From positions 1 to 54,442 of the IMG/VR virus record IMGVR_UViG_3300013005_000022: a DNA stretch of 54,442 bases; one strand, given 5' to 3'. How positions within the stretch are numbered: position 1 is the stretch's first letter; each line of letters starts with the position of its first letter. The translations under genes were made by a program, and so were the position numbers. The notes below the pieces were generated by a model. That model was not told the DNA's origin. It searched no databases and worked only from the letters and a program-made list of their open reading frames with translations. Positions 19,563 through 28,499 of the stretch are shown here, one piece after another. The DNA comes from a virus. Its lineage: Duplodnaviria; Heunggongvirae; Uroviricota; Caudoviricetes.

Positions 19563-20219
19563 ATGCCATCAACCTCTATTGCACAACAAAGACTTATGGG
19601 TCAGGCTTACGCTCTCAAAACAGGAGAGCTTAAGTCTTCCGACTTAGATCCTAAATATCGTAAACAAATCGAAGATCTAGCCGCATCAATGTCCGAAAAA
19701 GACCTTAAAGATTTTGCTGAAACTTCACATAAAGGTTTACCACAAAAAGTAAAAGAAAATTATAAAATGAATAGACACGTTCCTACATTTGAATCATTTA
19801 TTAATGAATCAATTGATCGATTAGAACTTGACGAAGCCATTAAAATTAAATCAGGAACTGGACCATTCTATAAATACACCAGAGATCATAAATTAATCGA
19901 AAAGATTTTTAATGAGGCATTCAACGGTCAAGAAGATAAATTGCATAGTGCAAAATTCTTTAATACTGGTGCACCATGTATCAGATTTGAATTAAAAGAT
20001 AGAAGTGACTGGATGTTAATTTACTATCCAGGTCAAACTTATTTAGAAGATCATGGTTTAGGCAGTATTTCATTATATCCATACGGTCCACAAGAAAAAC
20101 GTTACGAAATTTTCTCGGTTGGTGTAAAAGGAAACCGAAAATTTGGTGATACCAAAATGACACCAGCTGAACTAAGAGATGCTACAAACGAACTTAAAGA
20201 TTGGGCATCTAAACAATAA
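19563..20219 (+). CDS. DUF3008-like domain fused to a second module with an internal capsid-targeting-like signal
   Basis: MPSTSIAQQRLMGQA...ASMSEKDLKDFAETSHKGLP is DUF3008-like. Internal MNRHVPTFESFINES at 19767. Confidence 0.65.
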   Translation: MPSTSIAQQRLMGQAYALKTGELKSSDLDPKYRKQIEDLAASMSEKDLKDFAETSHKGLPQKVKENYKMNRHVPTFESFINESIDRLELDEAIKIKSGTGPFYKYTRDHKLIEKIFNEAFNGQEDKLHSAKFFNTGAPCIRFELKDRSDWMLIYYPGQTYLEDHGLGSISLYPYGPQEKRYEIFSVGVKGNRKFGDTKMTPAELRDATNELKDWASKQ

Positions 20220-20229
20220 AAACTATACA

Positions 20230-20538
20230 ATGACAAATAACTACATACCTACATTCGAATCATTCGTTAACGAATCCATAGACGTTAAATATTGGACGGA
20301 TTATAACGACGAAGCCGGAAGAACTTTTGCGGCTACGGAATTTGCCGAAAAATCAAAAGATTTTGACGGAACCTTCGAAGAAGCGGTAGATGATTGGAAT
20401 AATGAAGCCGATGGTCCCGAAAATCGCATCAAAGGAGCTCAAATTAAGAAGATTGAAAAGTTAGCAAAAGAATTCTTCAAAAAAACCGGATGGATCTCGA
20501 TTAATATTGTTCAGGCAATGATTATGCAAGAATCTTAA
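20230..20538 (+). CDS. Putative internal head protein (102 aa)
   Basis: MTNNYIPTFESFVNES leader. Start trimmed from the track's 20179 to remove overlap. Confidence 0.7.
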   Translation: MTNNYIPTFESFVNESIDVKYWTDYNDEAGRTFAATEFAEKSKDFDGTFEEAVDDWNNEADGPENRIKGAQIKKIEKLAKEFFKKTGWISINIVQAMIMQES

Positions 20539-20540
20539 TA

Positions 20541-20777
20541 ATGAAACAAGTAAAAGAAAATACTGCTGCTGCGACACCTGCTTCTGTAAATGGAATGGGT
20601 GCTCCAGCATTGCCAGGAAATCCAGGAACTCAATCAGGTTTTGTTACACAAAAGACAGGATCTGGTGATATCCCTTATTCGTTGGTTAAAGGCCAACCGA
20701 AGAAAAAGAAGAAATCTTCGTTCAAGAAATTTAATGACTTCATTAAAGGAAGCGAAGAAGTTAGAACTGCCTTTTAA
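20541..20777 (+). CDS. Small G/P-rich, basic protein (probable head-associated)
   Basis: ATPASVNGMG...GSGDIP, then KKKKKSSFKKFNDFI. Confidence 0.6.
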   Translation: MKQVKENTAAATPASVNGMGAPALPGNPGTQSGFVTQKTGSGDIPYSLVKGQPKKKKKSSFKKFNDFIKGSEEVRTAF

Positions 20778-20813
20778 GTTTAGCAGTTCTCATTAAAAGT
20801 ACTAAAATGGATA

Positions 20814-21050
20814 GTGACAGTAGTAAAAAGACAATTCAGGAAATTATCGTGGAGGACGATCTGCCTGATCCTAGCAACCTTCTTCAACCCACTCGGATTC
20901 GACGCCTTATTTGCTTTGGTGACGAAGCTGACGGGTTCTTATCTAATAACAGATATCATCTTCTATTCCATTTCGGGATTCTTTTTTGGGTTATACTTTT
21001 TAACAAATCCAAATAGAAGACTTTCCAAGCACCCCAAATCCGACATATAA
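20814..21050 (+). CDS. Small two-TM membrane protein
   Basis: GTG start. Two hydrophobic segments (ICLILATFFNPLGFDALFALV; IIFYSISGFFFGLYFL). Confidence 0.55.
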   Translation: MTVVKRQFRKLSWRTICLILATFFNPLGFDALFALVTKLTGSYLITDIIFYSISGFFFGLYFLTNPNRRLSKHPKSDI

Positions 21051-21055
21051 TTTCA

Positions 21056-21063
21056 TATAAATA
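21056..21063 (+). promoter_or_regulatory. T4-consensus late promoter
   Basis: Exact TATAAATA 10 nt before dut. Confidence 0.5.
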
Positions 21064-21073
21064 TAAAATCAAT

Positions 21074-21565
21074 ATGAAATTTCTAAAAGTACGTAATGTG
21101 AAGTCTCCTATCCGAGGAACTTCGAAATCGGCTGGTATAGACTTCTTTGTTCCTGATGAATGGAATGATGGTCAACCATATTCTCTTGCCCCTGGAGGTA
21201 GAATCCTAATTCCGAGTGGAATCAAAGTAAATGTAATTGATGGACACGCTCTTATTGCTTTTAATAAGAGTGGAATTGCTACGAAGAAAGGTATCGTCGT
21301 TGGTGCTGAAGTGGTTGATGAAGATTACCAAGGCGAAATTCATTTACATATTATAAACACAAACCAACCATCAGAAACATTTGGTGATGCAGCATATTCA
21401 TCGGATCCTGGTTATGTTGATATTATCCCAGGAGAAAAACTAATGCAATTTATATTGCTACCAGTTAATTACTCAATGCCTGAGGAAGTTGAAACTATCG
21501 ATGATCTATTTGATGGTGTTACTGAAAGAGGTGAAGGCGGGTTTGGATCAACTGGATTAAAATAA
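21074..21565 (+). CDS. dut: Trimeric dUTPase
   Basis: SAGIDF, KSG, VVDEDYQGEI, KLMQ and RGEGGFGSTG motifs 1-5. Confidence 0.95.
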   Translation: MKFLKVRNVKSPIRGTSKSAGIDFFVPDEWNDGQPYSLAPGGRILIPSGIKVNVIDGHALIAFNKSGIATKKGIVVGAEVVDEDYQGEIHLHIINTNQPSETFGDAAYSSDPGYVDIIPGEKLMQFILLPVNYSMPEEVETIDDLFDGVTERGEGGFGSTGLK

Positions 21566-21573
21566 AAGAACTT

Positions 21574-21801
21574 ATGGACTTACAAAATTTAAAAGGACCT
21601 GGTGTCGATTTATCTATGACAACTGCAGTAAAGTGCGAAGCTGAAGGTTGTGAGAATGAACGTTTTCGTGAAGTATACATGATACGCAAAATATCAGCTA
21701 TCGTCACCGGAAGCTCTAAAGATTCTTACATGCCTATCCCAACTTTCGAGTGCACTAAGTGTGGTCATATAAATAAAGAATTCGCCATTAAAACAAAGTA
21801 A
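21574..21801 (+). CDS. Zinc-ribbon hypothetical protein
   Basis: CEAEGC and CTKCGH cysteine pairs. Confidence 0.65.
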   Translation: MDLQNLKGPGVDLSMTTAVKCEAEGCENERFREVYMIRKISAIVTGSSKDSYMPIPTFECTKCGHINKEFAIKTK

Positions 21802-23202
21802 ATGATATTAGACATCGAAAACAACTTCAACGAATTAACCGTTTCTTATTTCAATAAGGAAGGAAATATTCGCTTAAAAAAGTACAAATTGACCGAAGAG
21901 CAATGCTCAAATTGGCGAATCTGTTCAGAATCCGATTCAAAAAAATCCGATCAATTTCGTAATTGGGATGGTAAAGCAGTAAAGAAAGTTAAAGATAAAC
22001 GTCTTCAAAAATTCTCCATCTATGAATTTATTAACAATTTAGAAGACGAAGATAAAGACGAAATCATTGGTTTTCATCTACCAAAAATACAATCTGTCGA
22101 TATTGAAACAGAAGTAATTGATTCTTTCCCTGATCCTAATGTTGCTCGAGAAAGAATTACCACTATTGCAATATCTACCGAAACAAATAAAACTATTGTA
22201 CTCGGTTGGAAACAAATCAGTAAAGAACAAGAGAAAGAAATATTCGATAAACATCGTGAATACCTAAAGAACTTCGGTGATTGGGACTTTAAATATATCT
22301 GTTTTGAAGATGAATTCAATATGATGTACACCTTTGTTAATAAGTTTATTCCAAACTTCTCGGTAATGATCGGTTGGAACTTTATGAACTTTGACTGGAA
22401 ATACATCTATAATCGTTGCAAAAAGCTCGGAATAGATATAACTGCCGCATCACCTAGTAGAAAAGTACAAGGTAACGATAACATCTTAATGCACGTAGGT
22501 ATTATTGACTATCTTGACATCTACCGAAGATGGGATAGAACAGTAGCTATTAAAGAAAGTAATTCACTTGATTTTGTGGCTAATGCTGTTTTAGGAACAA
22601 CTAAATTAAAGTATAACGGTACACTACAAGAACTATACGATAATGATTATGACAAATATATTTTGTATAATGCCGTCGATGCTGCTTTGGTGTCTTTAAT
22701 ACACAGAAAATTAAAAACTCTTAATATGGTATTCTCCATTGGATGTATTTGTAGTATTCCCATCTATCGAGCTTCTTCGGCGGTGAATGTTACTGAAGCG
22801 CTTCTTTGGAAAGGTTATTATAAAAGAAATCAAGTAATTGCCGATGATAGAACGGAAAAGGTTAAAGGTTCTTACGAAGGTGCTTATGTTAAAGAACCTG
22901 AACCTGGAATGTTTAAAGCAGCAACCTGTTTCGATTATGCTTCTCTATATCCTTCAATTATGCGTCAATATAATGTTTCACCAGAATCATTCTTACGAAA
23001 AGAACAAAATCAACAAAATCTAGAAAAATATCGTCAAGATCCCAATTTCGTCGTATCAGTCACTGGTGCAATATATGATAACTCTAAGGTATCTGTGTTA
23101 AAAGAAATTCTAACCGACCTTTATACAGAACGTAAAACGAATAAGAATCGTGGTCTCGATATTGAAAGATCTCTAATTAAAATAACAAAGAAAAATGCCT
23201 AA
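21802..23202 (+). CDS. gp43: Family B DNA polymerase, N-terminal subunit (3'-5' exonuclease, motif A, first fingers helix; gp43A-like)
   Basis: DIETE, GWNFMNFDWKY, YNAVD (Exo I-III), CFDYASLYPSIMRQYNVSPE. Ends after L..ERK..K. Confidence 0.92.
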   Translation: MILDIENNFNELTVSYFNKEGNIRLKKYKLTEEQCSNWRICSESDSKKSDQFRNWDGKAVKKVKDKRLQKFSIYEFINNLEDEDKDEIIGFHLPKIQSVDIETEVIDSFPDPNVARERITTIAISTETNKTIVLGWKQISKEQEKEIFDKHREYLKNFGDWDFKYICFEDEFNMMYTFVNKFIPNFSVMIGWNFMNFDWKYIYNRCKKLGIDITAASPSRKVQGNDNILMHVGIIDYLDIYRRWDRTVAIKESNSLDFVANAVLGTTKLKYNGTLQELYDNDYDKYILYNAVDAALVSLIHRKLKTLNMVFSIGCICSIPIYRASSAVNVTEALLWKGYYKRNQVIADDRTEKVKGSYEGAYVKEPEPGMFKAATCFDYASLYPSIMRQYNVSPESFLRKEQNQQNLEKYRQDPNFVVSVTGAIYDNSKVSVLKEILTDLYTERKTNKNRGLDIERSLIKITKKNA

Positions 23203-24199
23203 ATTATTCGAAGAACGTATTGAATACAAGCCCTTTGAGTACCCTGTGTACTACAACGAAGGATGGTTAAAACAAATGCAAGCATTTTGGTTACATACTG
23301 AAATACAAATGCAAGGTGATGTAAAAGATTGGAAAGAACATCTACTTCCACACGAAAAACACCTTGTTGGAAATATCCTTCTTGGTTTTGCTCAAACTGA
23401 ATGTGCTGTTTCTGATTATTGGACCGGAATGGTAACCAAATGGTTTCCTAAACATGAAATCAAACAAATGGCTATGGCATTTGGCTCTCAAGAAACTATA
23501 CATGCTACTGCATACTCATATCTTAACGAGACTTTAGGTCTTGAAGATTTTGCTGCCTTTATGCATGAGCCTACTATCGCTGCCAAATTCGAATTCTTAC
23601 TTTCAACCGAATCTGATTATACCCACGAAGATTTACTAAAATCTGCTAAAGCTAGAAAAGATGCTGCAAGATCTCTTGCTATATTCTCGGGATTCGCTGA
23701 AGGAGTTTCTTTATACTCATCTTTTGCAGTTTTATACTCTTTCCAAATGAGAAATATGCTTAAAGGAATTGGTCAACAAATGAAATGGTCAGTAAGAGAC
23801 GAATCTCTACATTCGAAAATGGGTTGTCAATTATTCCGTCATATGTGTGAAGAATATCCAGAATTAAAAGAAGATGTTCGTGGAGAAGTTGAATATGCCG
23901 CGAAACTTATGGTAGAAATGGAGCATAAATTTATAGATAAAATATTCGAAAATGGAGATCTTCTAAATCTTAAAGCATATGATGTTAAAAACTTTATATC
24001 TCGTAGAGCTAACGAAAAACTTTTAGAATTAGGTTACGAACCAATTATGAATTATGATATCGAATCAGCTAACGAACTTGAATGGTTCGATCATTTAACT
24101 GGTGGAACTACTCACACAGACTTTTTTGCTATCAGATCTACTGATTATGCAAAAGCCGGTGAAAATGAAAACTGGTCAGATGAAGAATTATGGAATTAA
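23195..24199 (+). CDS. nrdB: Class I ribonucleotide reductase beta subunit
   Basis: YKPFEYP, QTECAV, ETIHATAY, EGVSLYSSF, RDESLH and DFFA..DY motifs. Confidence 0.95.
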   Translation: MPKLFEERIEYKPFEYPVYYNEGWLKQMQAFWLHTEIQMQGDVKDWKEHLLPHEKHLVGNILLGFAQTECAVSDYWTGMVTKWFPKHEIKQMAMAFGSQETIHATAYSYLNETLGLEDFAAFMHEPTIAAKFEFLLSTESDYTHEDLLKSAKARKDAARSLAIFSGFAEGVSLYSSFAVLYSFQMRNMLKGIGQQMKWSVRDESLHSKMGCQLFRHMCEEYPELKEDVRGEVEYAAKLMVEMEHKFIDKIFENGDLLNLKAYDVKNFISRRANEKLLELGYEPIMNYDIESANELEWFDHLTGGTTHTDFFAIRSTDYAKAGENENWSDEELWN

Positions 24200-24214
24200 A
24201 AATTAAGTAAATAT

Positions 24215-26023
24215 ATGGAAGAAAAGAAAGACAACGTAAATCATCACGGTTCCGAATTAGGATGGGAACTAGGAGTGGATTTTCCTATTTGGGGAAATAC
24301 CGAGATTTATGTAAAGACGATATCTAAAGGATATCTATTAAAAGGTGAAACTCCAAAGGACGCCTATTGGAGAGTGTGTACAACAGTTGCTAGACGATTA
24401 GGAAAGCCGGAAATGGCTTCCAAATTCTTTGATTATATTTGGAAAGGTTGGTTAAATTTAGCTACTCCTGTTTTATCTAATACTGGAACTGAACGCGGTT
24501 TACCTATCTCATGTTTTGGTATTGATGTTGCTGATTCAATTTTTGATATTGGTACCAAGAACCTAGAACTTATGTTATTAGCAAAACATGGTGGAGGTGT
24601 TGGTGTTGGAATTAACCAAATCCGTTCTGCCGGAACTGTAATTAAAAACAATGGAACTTCTGATGGAGTTGTTCCATTTTGTAAAATTTATGATTCAACG
24701 ATCTTAGCTACTTCACAAGGAAGTGTTCGTCGAGGTGCTGCTTCAGTAAATATCGATATTGAACACAATGACTTTTGGGAATGGTTAGAGATCCGTGAAC
24801 CAAAAGGTGACGTTAATCGTCAATCGCTAAACCTACATCAATGTGTTATTGTCTCTGATGCATTTATGCAAAAAGTTGAACAAGGTGACAAAGAAGCAAG
24901 AGCTCGATGGACTGCGGTAATTCGTAAACGTCGTACAACAGGTGAACCATATATCATGTACAAAGGAAATGTTAATCGCAACAATCCTGAAGCTTACAAG
25001 AATAATGGTTTGAAAGTTTACATGACTAATATCTGTTCGGAAATTACATTACATACCGACGAATCCCACTCATTTGTTTGTTGCTTATCTTCTATTAACC
25101 TTGCAAAATATGATGAGTGGAAAGATACTGATCTTATTTACACATCAACTTGGTTCTTAGATGGTGTACTTGAAGAATTCATTCAAAAGGCCAAATACAT
25201 GAGCGGATTCACTAATTCAGTTAGATCTGCCGAAAAAGGAAGAGCTTTAGGACTAGGAGTTTTAGGATGGCACACTTACCTACAAGATAAAGGAATTCCT
25301 TTTGAAGGTCTTCTTGCTCAATTTGAAACTCGTAAAATATTCTCTCAAATTAAAATTGAATCTGAACAAGCTTCTAGAGATATGGCAAGAGAATATGGCG
25401 AGCCACTATGGTGTATTGGAACTGGAATGCGTAATACTCACTTAAGAGCAATTGCCCCAACCGTTTCAAATTCTAAATTGAGTGGGAATGTTTCTGCTGG
25501 TATTGAACCATGGGCAGCAAACGTATTCACCGAACAAACTGCTAAAGGAACATTCATTCGTAAAAATCCTACACTAGAGAAATTCCTGAAACGTATGAAA
25601 CGTAACCAAAAAGAAGTTTGGGATCAAATACTTATTGATGGTGGATCTGTACAAGGGCTACAATTCTTAGATGATTGGTTCTTTCACGGAGATACCTTAG
25701 TAAATAAAGAAAAAGCAGAAACTCTATCTCAAATTGAACGTTCTGAGTTAATTCCTTTCAAAGATGTATTTAAGACATTCAAAGAAATTAATCAATTAGA
25801 ACTTGTTAAGCAAGCTGGTCTACGTCAACAATACATTGACCAATCCGTTTCTTTGAATCTTGCATTCCCTACGGAAGCTACTCCCAAGTTCATTAATCAA
25901 GTTCACATGGAAGCCTATAAACAAGGAATCAAAACGCTTTATTACATGAGAACCGAATCTGTTCTTCGAGGTGATATTGCCGCTAAAGCACTCGATGAAA
26001 ATTGTTTATCTTGCGACGGATAG
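24215..26023 (+). CDS. nrdA: Class I ribonucleotide reductase alpha subunit (no ATP cone)
   Basis: GLPISCF, TNICSEI, VCCLSS, IAPTVS, TLYY and C-terminal CLSCDG. Confidence 0.95.
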   Translation: MEEKKDNVNHHGSELGWELGVDFPIWGNTEIYVKTISKGYLLKGETPKDAYWRVCTTVARRLGKPEMASKFFDYIWKGWLNLATPVLSNTGTERGLPISCFGIDVADSIFDIGTKNLELMLLAKHGGGVGVGINQIRSAGTVIKNNGTSDGVVPFCKIYDSTILATSQGSVRRGAASVNIDIEHNDFWEWLEIREPKGDVNRQSLNLHQCVIVSDAFMQKVEQGDKEARARWTAVIRKRRTTGEPYIMYKGNVNRNNPEAYKNNGLKVYMTNICSEITLHTDESHSFVCCLSSINLAKYDEWKDTDLIYTSTWFLDGVLEEFIQKAKYMSGFTNSVRSAEKGRALGLGVLGWHTYLQDKGIPFEGLLAQFETRKIFSQIKIESEQASRDMAREYGEPLWCIGTGMRNTHLRAIAPTVSNSKLSGNVSAGIEPWAANVFTEQTAKGTFIRKNPTLEKFLKRMKRNQKEVWDQILIDGGSVQGLQFLDDWFFHGDTLVNKEKAETLSQIERSELIPFKDVFKTFKEINQLELVKQAGLRQQYIDQSVSLNLAFPTEATPKFINQVHMEAYKQGIKTLYYMRTESVLRGDIAAKALDENCLSCDG

Positions 26024-26044
26024 ACTTAAATTATTAACAATATT

Positions 26045-26074
26045 AAGGGATTCATTTATATGGATCCCTTTTTT
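26045..26074 (+). terminator. Intrinsic terminator after nrdA
   Basis: AAGGGATTCAT...ATGGATCCCTT hairpin plus T run. Confidence 0.85.
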
Positions 26075-26087
26075 CATATAATTAAAT

Positions 26088-26318
26088 ATGGCGATACTAC
26101 ATCACTTAAGAAAACCAAAGGCTAAATGCGACATTATCTTCGAAGAAGATTTAGCTATGGATGAAGATGGTTGGTTTATTACAGTCAAACATGTACAAAA
26201 GAACAACGGCAAAATTACCAGAGAATCTTGCATAATTCTAAAAAACGTAAGCTCTTGGTTAGATCCTTACTTACGTGAAGGATATGTAGATCTTACTACC
26301 GAAACAAATCAATCATAA
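26088..26318 (+). CDS. Hypothetical protein (76 aa)
   Basis: ORF after terminator with A-rich initiation region. Confidence 0.6.
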   Translation: MAILHHLRKPKAKCDIIFEEDLAMDEDGWFITVKHVQKNNGKITRESCIILKNVSSWLDPYLREGYVDLTTETNQS

Positions 26319-26340
26319 AATAATAAACAAAATCAATAAA

Positions 26341-27087
26341 ATGAAAATTAAAATCAAGAAGATTTCCGTAGCAAATCTATCAATGTTAGTAAGAAAAATG
26401 TTGCTAATGGATAATTCAATCTATTTGAATTTCGATAGCGAAAGAATTTGGTCAGATGTTTATACTCCAACTAAGGATGTTGTAAAATCTAATCATTTAC
26501 CTATTAATGACGTATTCGAATTCGAATCACCAGTATCTCAACCAATCAAATTATCTTTTTATTCAGGTGCCAAACTACTTGAATGTTTGAAATATTTCGA
26601 TGCCCATCATTTATCCGCTGAAGTATCTTGTTTTGAAGATCTAGAAGATAAATTAACTTATGCCGATAAAATAATCTTACAAGATCAAAAACTTAAAATT
26701 GAAATTGCTTGCCAAGATATATCATTAGGGTTTACTTCAATGACTCCGGATCAAACTGTTCGAGCATTCGATCTTGGTTCTGAAGAATATCAATTCACTC
26801 TAGCTGCCGAAGACTTTAATAAAATCGTATCTCTTCAAACATTCGATAAAAGCGAATTGTTATCTATTTACTCCGATGAAAATGGTGTTCATGTAAAAAC
26901 TGATGGTTTTGATATTATTGTAGATGATCGAGTAAAAATCAAAACAACTCCTAAAAATATCTTCAAATCATTCTTATCTAGAATTGATAAAGAAACATAT
27001 CGTATTCACGTTTGTTCTAATAAATTAATTCTTGATTCAACCGAAACAAACACAAAATTAGCTTTAAACCTAGCAATAACAGAATAA
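26341..27087 (+). CDS. Sliding clamp (T4 gp45 / PCNA-like)
   Basis: 248 aa with an alternating alpha/beta two-domain pattern, located between the polymerase halves. No diagnostic motif. Confidence 0.6.
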   Translation: MKIKIKKISVANLSMLVRKMLLMDNSIYLNFDSERIWSDVYTPTKDVVKSNHLPINDVFEFESPVSQPIKLSFYSGAKLLECLKYFDAHHLSAEVSCFEDLEDKLTYADKIILQDQKLKIEIACQDISLGFTSMTPDQTVRAFDLGSEEYQFTLAAEDFNKIVSLQTFDKSELLSIYSDENGVHVKTDGFDIIVDDRVKIKTTPKNIFKSFLSRIDKETYRIHVCSNKLILDSTETNTKLALNLAITE

Positions 27088-27091
27088 ACAT

Positions 27092-27268
27092 ATGTACAAC
27101 TTATACAGCAAATACATTCATTACAACGAATACACACAAAAATGGTACGTATTCGAGCGTTCAGAAGCTACTCATTATCTAAATGATTCTGCTAAGCTTA
27201 AAACATTAAAAGAATATAAATCAATCGAGGATCTATTAAAGGACCATAAAAAAGAAACAAATGATTAA
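27092..27268 (+). CDS. Small hypothetical protein (58 aa), not in ORF track
   Basis: MYNLYSKYIHYNEYTQKWYVF... Its stop overlaps the next start (ATGATTAA). Confidence 0.6.
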   Translation: MYNLYSKYIHYNEYTQKWYVFERSEATHYLNDSAKLKTLKEYKSIEDLLKDHKKETND

Positions 27269-28469
27269 TTTCAATCCAGAAAAAATTGCAATAGAAGATA
27301 TCCCAGCATTACTCGAATCGCTAACAGGTCAAGATCGAGAAGATGCTATTACCGCCCTTAAAGCCGAACAACTTCGATGCAGTACTCAGGAACAAGGAAT
27401 TAAGCTAATCATTAACTCAATTTACGGAGCCTTCGCGAATGAGTATTTTCACTTCTACAATATTTCAGTTGCAGAAACGGTAACTCTTCAAGGACAAGAT
27501 GCTATCAAATTTACTGAACGTATGGTTGATAAGTATTTCAAAGAATTCTTTCATCGCGATAAACCTTTACTCGAAGCATTATGTGTTGTTGAAGGTCAAG
27601 AAGTTCCTAGAATTAAAGGAAACGTTTGGAAATATACAGATACCGATTCAGGTTATCTAATATTTGAAGAATGTATGGAAGCGGTTCAATGGAAAGGAAC
27701 CGTAAAAGATTTTGTACTCACTCTTAATTCTTTTAGGTTATCTAATTACATTAAGAAAGTTCTTAATGATTATGCCGAAACATTCCATACCGAAAATTAT
27801 CTAGATTTCGAATTAGAAACTATTGCCGAAAATGCCATTTGGGTTGCTAAAAAGAAATACATCCAAAATATCATTTGGAAAGATGGTAAAGATTACGACA
27901 ATCTTTCATATATCAAAACAACTGGTCTAGAAATTATCCAATCTTCTACACCAGTATTTTGTCGAGGTAAACTTATCGATGCCGTAAAATACATGTTCGC
28001 AAAAGGTAAAATTACCGAAAAAGATATTGGCGATTTAGTTAAGCTAATCAAAGAAATCAAACGAGAATTTAAACTTTCGAATATCGAAAAAATCTCAATG
28101 GGTCGTTCGGTTTCAGATTATCAAAAATTTGTAATCAATGATAATGATAAACTAGAACTTCAAAAAGGTTGTCCTATTCACGTTCGAGCATCTGCATATT
28201 ACAATTATCTACTTAATCAAAATCCAAAACTTAAAGGTAAATATGAAATGATTCGATCTGGTGATAAACTTAAATGGTATCATTCAGACGATACATTTTG
28301 TGATGTATTCGCTTATAAAGCAGGAATGCATCCCATTGAATTTGCACCTAAGATGAATATTGAACGTCAATTTCAAGCTTCAATTTTGGATCCACTTAAT
28401 CGAATTATAACACCAACTGGTATTCCGGCTTTGAATCCATCATTGGCATATACAGTAAGCCTTTTCTAA
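27261..28469 (+). CDS. gp43: Family B DNA polymerase, C-terminal subunit (motif B, motif C, thumb; gp43B-like)
   Basis: QGIKLIINSIYGAF (motif B), YTDTDS (motif C), KKKYI, GLEIIQSSTP, PIHVRAS. Confidence 0.92.
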   Translation: MINFNPEKIAIEDIPALLESLTGQDREDAITALKAEQLRCSTQEQGIKLIINSIYGAFANEYFHFYNISVAETVTLQGQDAIKFTERMVDKYFKEFFHRDKPLLEALCVVEGQEVPRIKGNVWKYTDTDSGYLIFEECMEAVQWKGTVKDFVLTLNSFRLSNYIKKVLNDYAETFHTENYLDFELETIAENAIWVAKKKYIQNIIWKDGKDYDNLSYIKTTGLEIIQSSTPVFCRGKLIDAVKYMFAKGKITEKDIGDLVKLIKEIKREFKLSNIEKISMGRSVSDYQKFVINDNDKLELQKGCPIHVRASAYYNYLLNQNPKLKGKYEMIRSGDKLKWYHSDDTFCDVFAYKAGMHPIEFAPKMNIERQFQASILDPLNRIITPTGIPALNPSLAYTVSLF

Positions 28470-28499
28470 CATATAAATTAAAACAAAACAATATAAAAT

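Noticed and set aside
20179-20229. Upstream extension of the 20230 gene given in the track
   Set aside because: It overlaps the previous gene, and the shared leader motif begins at the 20230 ATG.
20807-21016. Alternative-frame 69-aa ORF overlapping the membrane protein gene
   Set aside because: The 20814 frame gives a coherent two-TM protein. This frame looks like a shadow, though its ATG start means it cannot be fully excluded.
21802-28469. Polymerase halves as a pseudogene, or as an intron/intein-interrupted gene
   Set aside because: Both halves keep all catalytic motifs and have their own start and stop. The insert contains ordinary genes and a terminator, with no intron core, intein motifs or homing endonuclease.
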